DNA from: the human T2T-CHM13v2.0 reference genome, Homo sapiens
Reading direction: 5' to 3' (one strand)
Length of the DNA stretch: 64,000 nucleotides
NCBI RefSeq assembly: GCF_009914755.1
Contig: NC_060925.1
Made by a program: the position numbers and the translations under genes. The notes beneath the pieces were generated by a model. It saw only the letters and a list, made by a program, of their open reading frames with translations. It was not told where the DNA came from and made no database searches. Below, in pieces: positions 58,392 through 64,000 of the stretch (positions are counted from its first letter, which is position 1; every line of letters begins with the position of its first letter).

Positions 58392-59626
58392 GAGACCATG
58401 CCTTCAGCTCCTCCTCCCCCCCAAGGCAGAACCAGGGCACTTAAATACTATTACCAGTAGACCATTGTACCAGGGATACTAGACATCAATGTCTCTGTTA
58501 CTTAGTGCTTTGTGACTTATAAGAAGCTTTGATAGCATTTTTATGGCAACTTGAAAGTGGAACCAGTATATAGAATTTTCACAAACTCCATGAGAGTGGA
58601 ATATTTGGTTCTGGAAGACCTCCTATTAGTAGTGTGTTAATCTTTTAAGTGCTTGTCTCGGTTTTTCAAAATCTCATATTCTTTTAGTCTTGTTGATTTA
58701 TTTAATATATCTTGAGCATGTTTCTCTAATGGTGAACAGTCTCTTTTTCCTCCAGTTTTATTGAGGTATGATTGACAAAATAATATAATGCTGTACTATC
58801 TTAAAATCTCCACAAAGGGACTGATATCCTGCATAGAGATAGAGATAACAACTAATGACAAAACGCATGACTTTAAAATAGTGAAACTTCTACATGTGGC
58901 TTATGGAAGTGACTACTTACTTGACTAGAATGTCTCGTTGTGGAAAAAAATAAAAAATAAAGGAGGTGATTCTAATTACATTTTATTTTCACGCAAGTTT
59001 TCAATTACTTGACACAAGCATGCATTCTTAATTTTACTAACTGTATATGTCTAAGTAGTTCTGTAGTTTTCTATTTGTGGAAGACTTTAGGAAAAAATAG
59101 AAGCGATTTTATGATTTTTAGAAAGTGAAATATTCATACATATCTTTTATAATTATCTCAAGGAAACAAATAGGGCTCTGCTTCATGTTCTATACCTAAT
59201 TATTCATTCTTATTTAAGTAATACATCTGCCAGAAATTAGGATGTGTATATTGGCAGACGTTAGCACTGTCTTACAAACACTGCTGTAAGGTTCTAACTT
59301 TGTGCTCTTCTGACTGGTTTGCTCTGGATGTGTGTGCACATGTAAGTGTAAGGATGGGAAGAATGGGATGTTTGAGTGGTAGGAAATGGAAGTGTAGAAC
59401 CATATCCATGGTCTAGACAATTCTTAGAGATTCCTGTGGCCTATTATATTTTATTCAGTACATAATGTTCTGGCTTTTTAAAATAATAACTGGATATAGT
59501 AATTTGAAAACAATGTATTATAATCCCTTAGAAAATATTTCTGGGTGTTAGGGTGGCATGTCTTTCCATAAATTAGCCCTATTCTAATATCAGATCACAG
59601 CAGAAGTGGTTAAAAAGCTCTTGCAT

Positions 59627-60237
<611 letters not shown>

Positions 60238-60833
60238 GCATAACATTTTGAAAAATATAATTACAGCAGGGCCCTTGCTAATGAGATACATGCAGCAATC
60301 TGTTGTTTAGGATTAAAGGAATTAGTACAGCTATTGTTTTCTTTATGCTTATCATGGAGAAGGTTGCTTTTTGCCATCAGATTGCTATTCATTAAAGTGT
60401 TCAGAGTTAATAATAAGTCTTTCTTGCTCTTGGCAAAGTCGCCAGTGAATTTCTTCTGTCTAAGCCACATATCAAGTAGGCTGAAAAATAGAAGAGAGCC
60501 TCAGGGTGTCTTTGAACTCTGTTCCTGTGCTAGCTGCTCCAGTTGCTGCATTCACATCTGAATTTTCACATACCATCTTATGATTGTAATTTATTATTTA
60601 TATTTTTGTTTCTGTTTCTTAAGCTTTATCAGTGTTTGTGTACTTGTCATGCAGTCCTGCTTTTAGAAGATAAACCAGTTTACTGTTTCCTTTCTTTTGA
60701 ATCCCTTCTCCTTGGAGGTACTTAGAAAAGTACTTATGCAAAATAGGTGCCTGATGAATGTTGGTAACTGAAATCTAGTGCTTTATTTCATTTATTTCTT
60801 TTAATAGTTGAAATTATTTTGCTTGCTTTCTAG

Positions 60834-60934
60834 GCACACAAACCAATGGTCTGGACTTTCAGAAGCAGCCTGTGCCTGTAGGAGGAGCAATCTCAACAGC
60901 CCAGGCGCAGGCTTTCCTTGGACATCTCCATCAG
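60834..60934 (+). CDS. POU2F1: POU2F1 exon 3 (101 nt; [34 protein letters not shown])
   Basis: Acceptor ttttgcttgctttctag|GC, donor CATCAG|gtagga; in frame with exon 2. Confidence 0.97.
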
Positions 60935-62939
60935 GTAGGAATGTTCTGCTCAACCATCAGTGAGAGTGAAAGATAGAGGCGTAAAGTACTGGGGCCTGAG
61001 GAAGTTATTTCAGAATGTGGGACCTTTTAAATTATTTAAAGCCTAGTGCTAATTGTGTAATTGTGTCATTCTATTTGGTTAGTATGAAATCCTATGGTTT
61101 AGTTGAGTGTATAGTCATTGACCCCACAGGTGTGTGGGAAACAAAAGAATTCCTTGTTGTGAATGGAATGTGTATAACAACTGGTTTATTGTTTTTATAA
61201 GTGGGTATCTGTGGTGGCTATCTGATGGTAGCAAATTATCAAAATCATCCAGAAAGATGTAGCTACCATTGCCTGAGACCTGCTGTGTAAGGCTCTGAGC
61301 TCCAAGCTCATTTCTGTCCTCTAAAACAGTTCCAGACCATGACAGTTGATTTGGGCAACTACTCAGAGGCTTTTGCTTGACTGTGACCCCCGCACCCTAG
61401 TTTGAGGTTCAAAAGACTCTGCCTCAACTTTATTACCCTATGTCACAACATTTTTTTCCCTGGGTCTAAAACAGACCATGAATTCTGTTCATTCATGCTT
61501 TAGCTATAATGTAGAGGGAATGGGAATAAAAAAACAAACACTGGCTACTCAATAGTTTTGGAATATGGAAGCTGGTTGAAAATGGAAAACAGTGAAAACA
61601 GTTGGGAGCTAGATTATCAGAGTGTCTCAACCTCTTGACTTATGTTCACAATTATATATTAGACCAATATTTTGGTGGTCTATATGTGTTGATAGTAATG
61701 GTGCTAGTGATGGTGCCTAATGATGGTAGTGGTAGTGATTCAGTGAAAAACCCATATGTACATAAGACAGGTTACATATTAATATACTGAGTTACTGAGC
61801 ACTGAATATATACATCTTACTAAAGTCTTTTCATCAAAATATGTCATCAGACCACCTAAACTATAAAAGAAATTCTTCTACTTGAAAACAGGTAAAATCC
61901 TGGAAGCTGTTCTAAAGCCCATTTATTTGTTCACAGACTCAAATGGATATCATGTAGGCAGCAGTTATTATCTGTTACAGTGAGGCCTAATGGAACACTT
62001 TTGCTCAGGCACATAGCTTCGTTTATATCTTTGAAATGGAAAAACTTTGACATTAACTTCCAGATAAAATATTAAAATGAATTAACATCTAAAATGAATT
62101 TTAAAATATATTTTAAATATATCCTAGAAGAAAAAAATGTTTTCATGTTGATTTTTTTTCTAAGAACATATTCAAGCCTCCAGTAATTTTTCTGGGTTCC
62201 TAAGAGGAATAGCATTTTTGACAGAATTTAGTCAATTATTTGTCACCTAGTAAGCATCTTTATCTGGCTTAAATATGTGATGGTCCAAATGTATTAAAAA
62301 ATCACTGAGGGTGCACAGATGATGTGCAGTTTTCTCTGCAGGATCCTTCTGGATCCAAATTCCAAGATGATTGCAACTCTCCCTGTACCAGCTCCAAGAC
62401 CTCTAGATCTAGCCACTGATTACCAAAATCACAGACCCTTCAATACCACCCAGACCAAAGGACTGCAAACAAAAGAATTTTATTTGAAATTGCGACACCA
62501 TTGAATCTCCCATCAAGACACAAGTCCTTGCATCTGATTAGCTACATAATTAACAGTGTGACACTTGCCTTCTATTTCCAAGCCCCTTATTGACAGAATT
62601 AGCACCTTGAACCTTTCCTTACCATAATTATAATATACATACACAAAATCGATGGCTTTAGGTCTGTTGCCCCATTAACTATAAGTTCCATGAAAATGGA
62701 AACCTTTTGTTGTTTACCTGTGTCCCAGCATTTACCAAAGAACCCCATAATACAATAGGTGTTCAGTAATTATTTGTTGAATAAAGTCATAGATGACTAA
62801 ATGGTCAAGTATGAGACTACTGAGGAAGAAATGATTAGCTTACCCTGTACAATCTAAGACATTTCTCTCAGGGTGATTTTTGAGCTGAGTCTTGAGGGGT
62901 GTTGGAAACTAGCTAAATGGAGTTGGTAAAGGAATGCTC

Positions 62940-63900
62940 TCTTCTTTTTATTTTTAACTTCCTATTTTAAAAAAACTTTCAAATTTGTAAGAGTTACAAC
63001 AATAGAACAGTGTTCATCTGAAAGCCCTTCACCTAGAATCACCAGTTGTTACTATTTTACCATATTTGCTTTATACCATATGTGTATATGTATGTATGTA
63101 CACATACAAAATACATTTTGCTTTTACCATATGTGTATATGTATGTATGTACACGTACAAATTTTTTTTTTTTGAAATGAGGTCTTATTATGTTGCCCAG
63201 GTTGATCTGCAACTCCTGAGCTCAAGGGATCTTCTTGCCTTGCATCTAACTGTGATTATAGGCGTACACCATGGCACCGAGCCAAAAAAAATTGTTTTTT
63301 GCTAACCCCTTTGAAAGTTGCAGACATTATAACCATTTACTTCTAAATACTTCAGCATGTTTTTCCTAAAAACAGCATTCTCTTATAAAACTGCAGTGCA
63401 AATTTCAAATTCCAGAAATTTAACATTGATACGATATCATTTTCCAATATTGGCCCATATTTATATACTTCCTGCCCACAATCCAGTCCATACTTTGCGT
63501 TTAGCTGTCATGTCTGTTAAGTCTTCTTCAATCCAGAACAATTCCTCAGCATGTCTTTGTCTTTCATGATATTGGCATTTTTGAAGAATAGAGGCCAGCT
63601 GTTTGATAGAATGCCCATTTAACTTGAATATGATTGTTCCCTCAACGGCTGAACCCAAGTTATGCATTTTTGAAAGGAATACAGCAGAAATGATGCTGAG
63701 TCCCTCTCGGTGCATTCAGAAGCCGTATCATATTGCTTTGTCCCATTATTGTGATATTAAGTTTGATTATTTTATTAAGGTAGTGTTTATTAGATTTGTC
63801 CACTGTAAATATGTCTTTTTGCCTCCTGGTAAGTAATACTCTGTGAGGCAGTACTTTAAAGACTGTGTAAATATCCCATTCCTCAACAGACTTTTACCCT
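62940..63900 (-). mobile_element. L1MC-type 3' region containing an Alu monomer (63162-63283)
   Basis: aaagcccttcacctagaatcaccagttgttac, agaaatttaacattgatac, tttagctgtcatgtct. Confidence 0.7.
63061..63161. repeat. About 50-bp tandem duplication containing (TATG)n
   Basis: taccatatgtgtatatgtatgtatgtacac(a/g)tacaaa occurs twice in tandem. Confidence 0.85.
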
Positions 63901-64000
63901 GAAACGTAATAAGTAAAAATCACATAAAATTTTTATCTTCTTCAAATCTTTGTACCTGAAGTTCTTTCCTTGGGCTCTTTGACTTCTTAGCCTTTAGGCC

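Noticed and set aside
62098-62125. AT-only palindrome tttaaaatatattttaaa
   Set aside because: Low-complexity AT sequence, expected by chance
62319-62504. Possible extra exon after ttttctctgcag near 62341 (ORF MMCSFLC...)
   Set aside because: No convincing donor and no resemblance to Oct-1 sequence; it cannot be supported without RNA data

Overview
Primate (almost certainly human) genomic DNA. It is an intronic stretch of POU2F1 (OCT1), transcribed on the + strand, running from intron 1 into intron 3. Recognisable coding exons are alternative first exon 1L (MLDCSDYVL, 24676-24703), exon 2 (27867-27932, DSRMNNPSETSKPSMESGDGNT) and exon 3 (60834-60934, [12 protein letters not shown]...GHLHQ). 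A Tigger2-derived cassette exon (about 33363-33651) supplies an alternative N-terminus, MKTRMKIFVMIHFHLMN-S, in frame with exon 3. Most of the rest is transposon-derived: a 5.7 kb antisense gag-deleted HERV-K(HML-3)/HERVK9 provirus with two MER9 LTRs, about 30 Alus including a young AluYa5, L1 fragments, solo LTRs, Tigger/MER DNA transposons and MIR/L2. Nearly all listed ORFs are Alu/L1/LTR artefacts. I found no prokaryote-style novel system. The best leads are a double AUGA stop-start ORF relay inside the Tigger2 exon, a hidden in-frame splice acceptor that could make exon 1L a 42-nt hybrid first/internal exon, an octamer cluster around exon 1L, a PBS-anchored gag deletion in the provirus, and a near-abutting inverted Alu pair created by AluYa5 just upstream of exon 3. 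Repeat subfamily names come from recalled consensus sequences and need RepeatMasker/Dfam confirmation.
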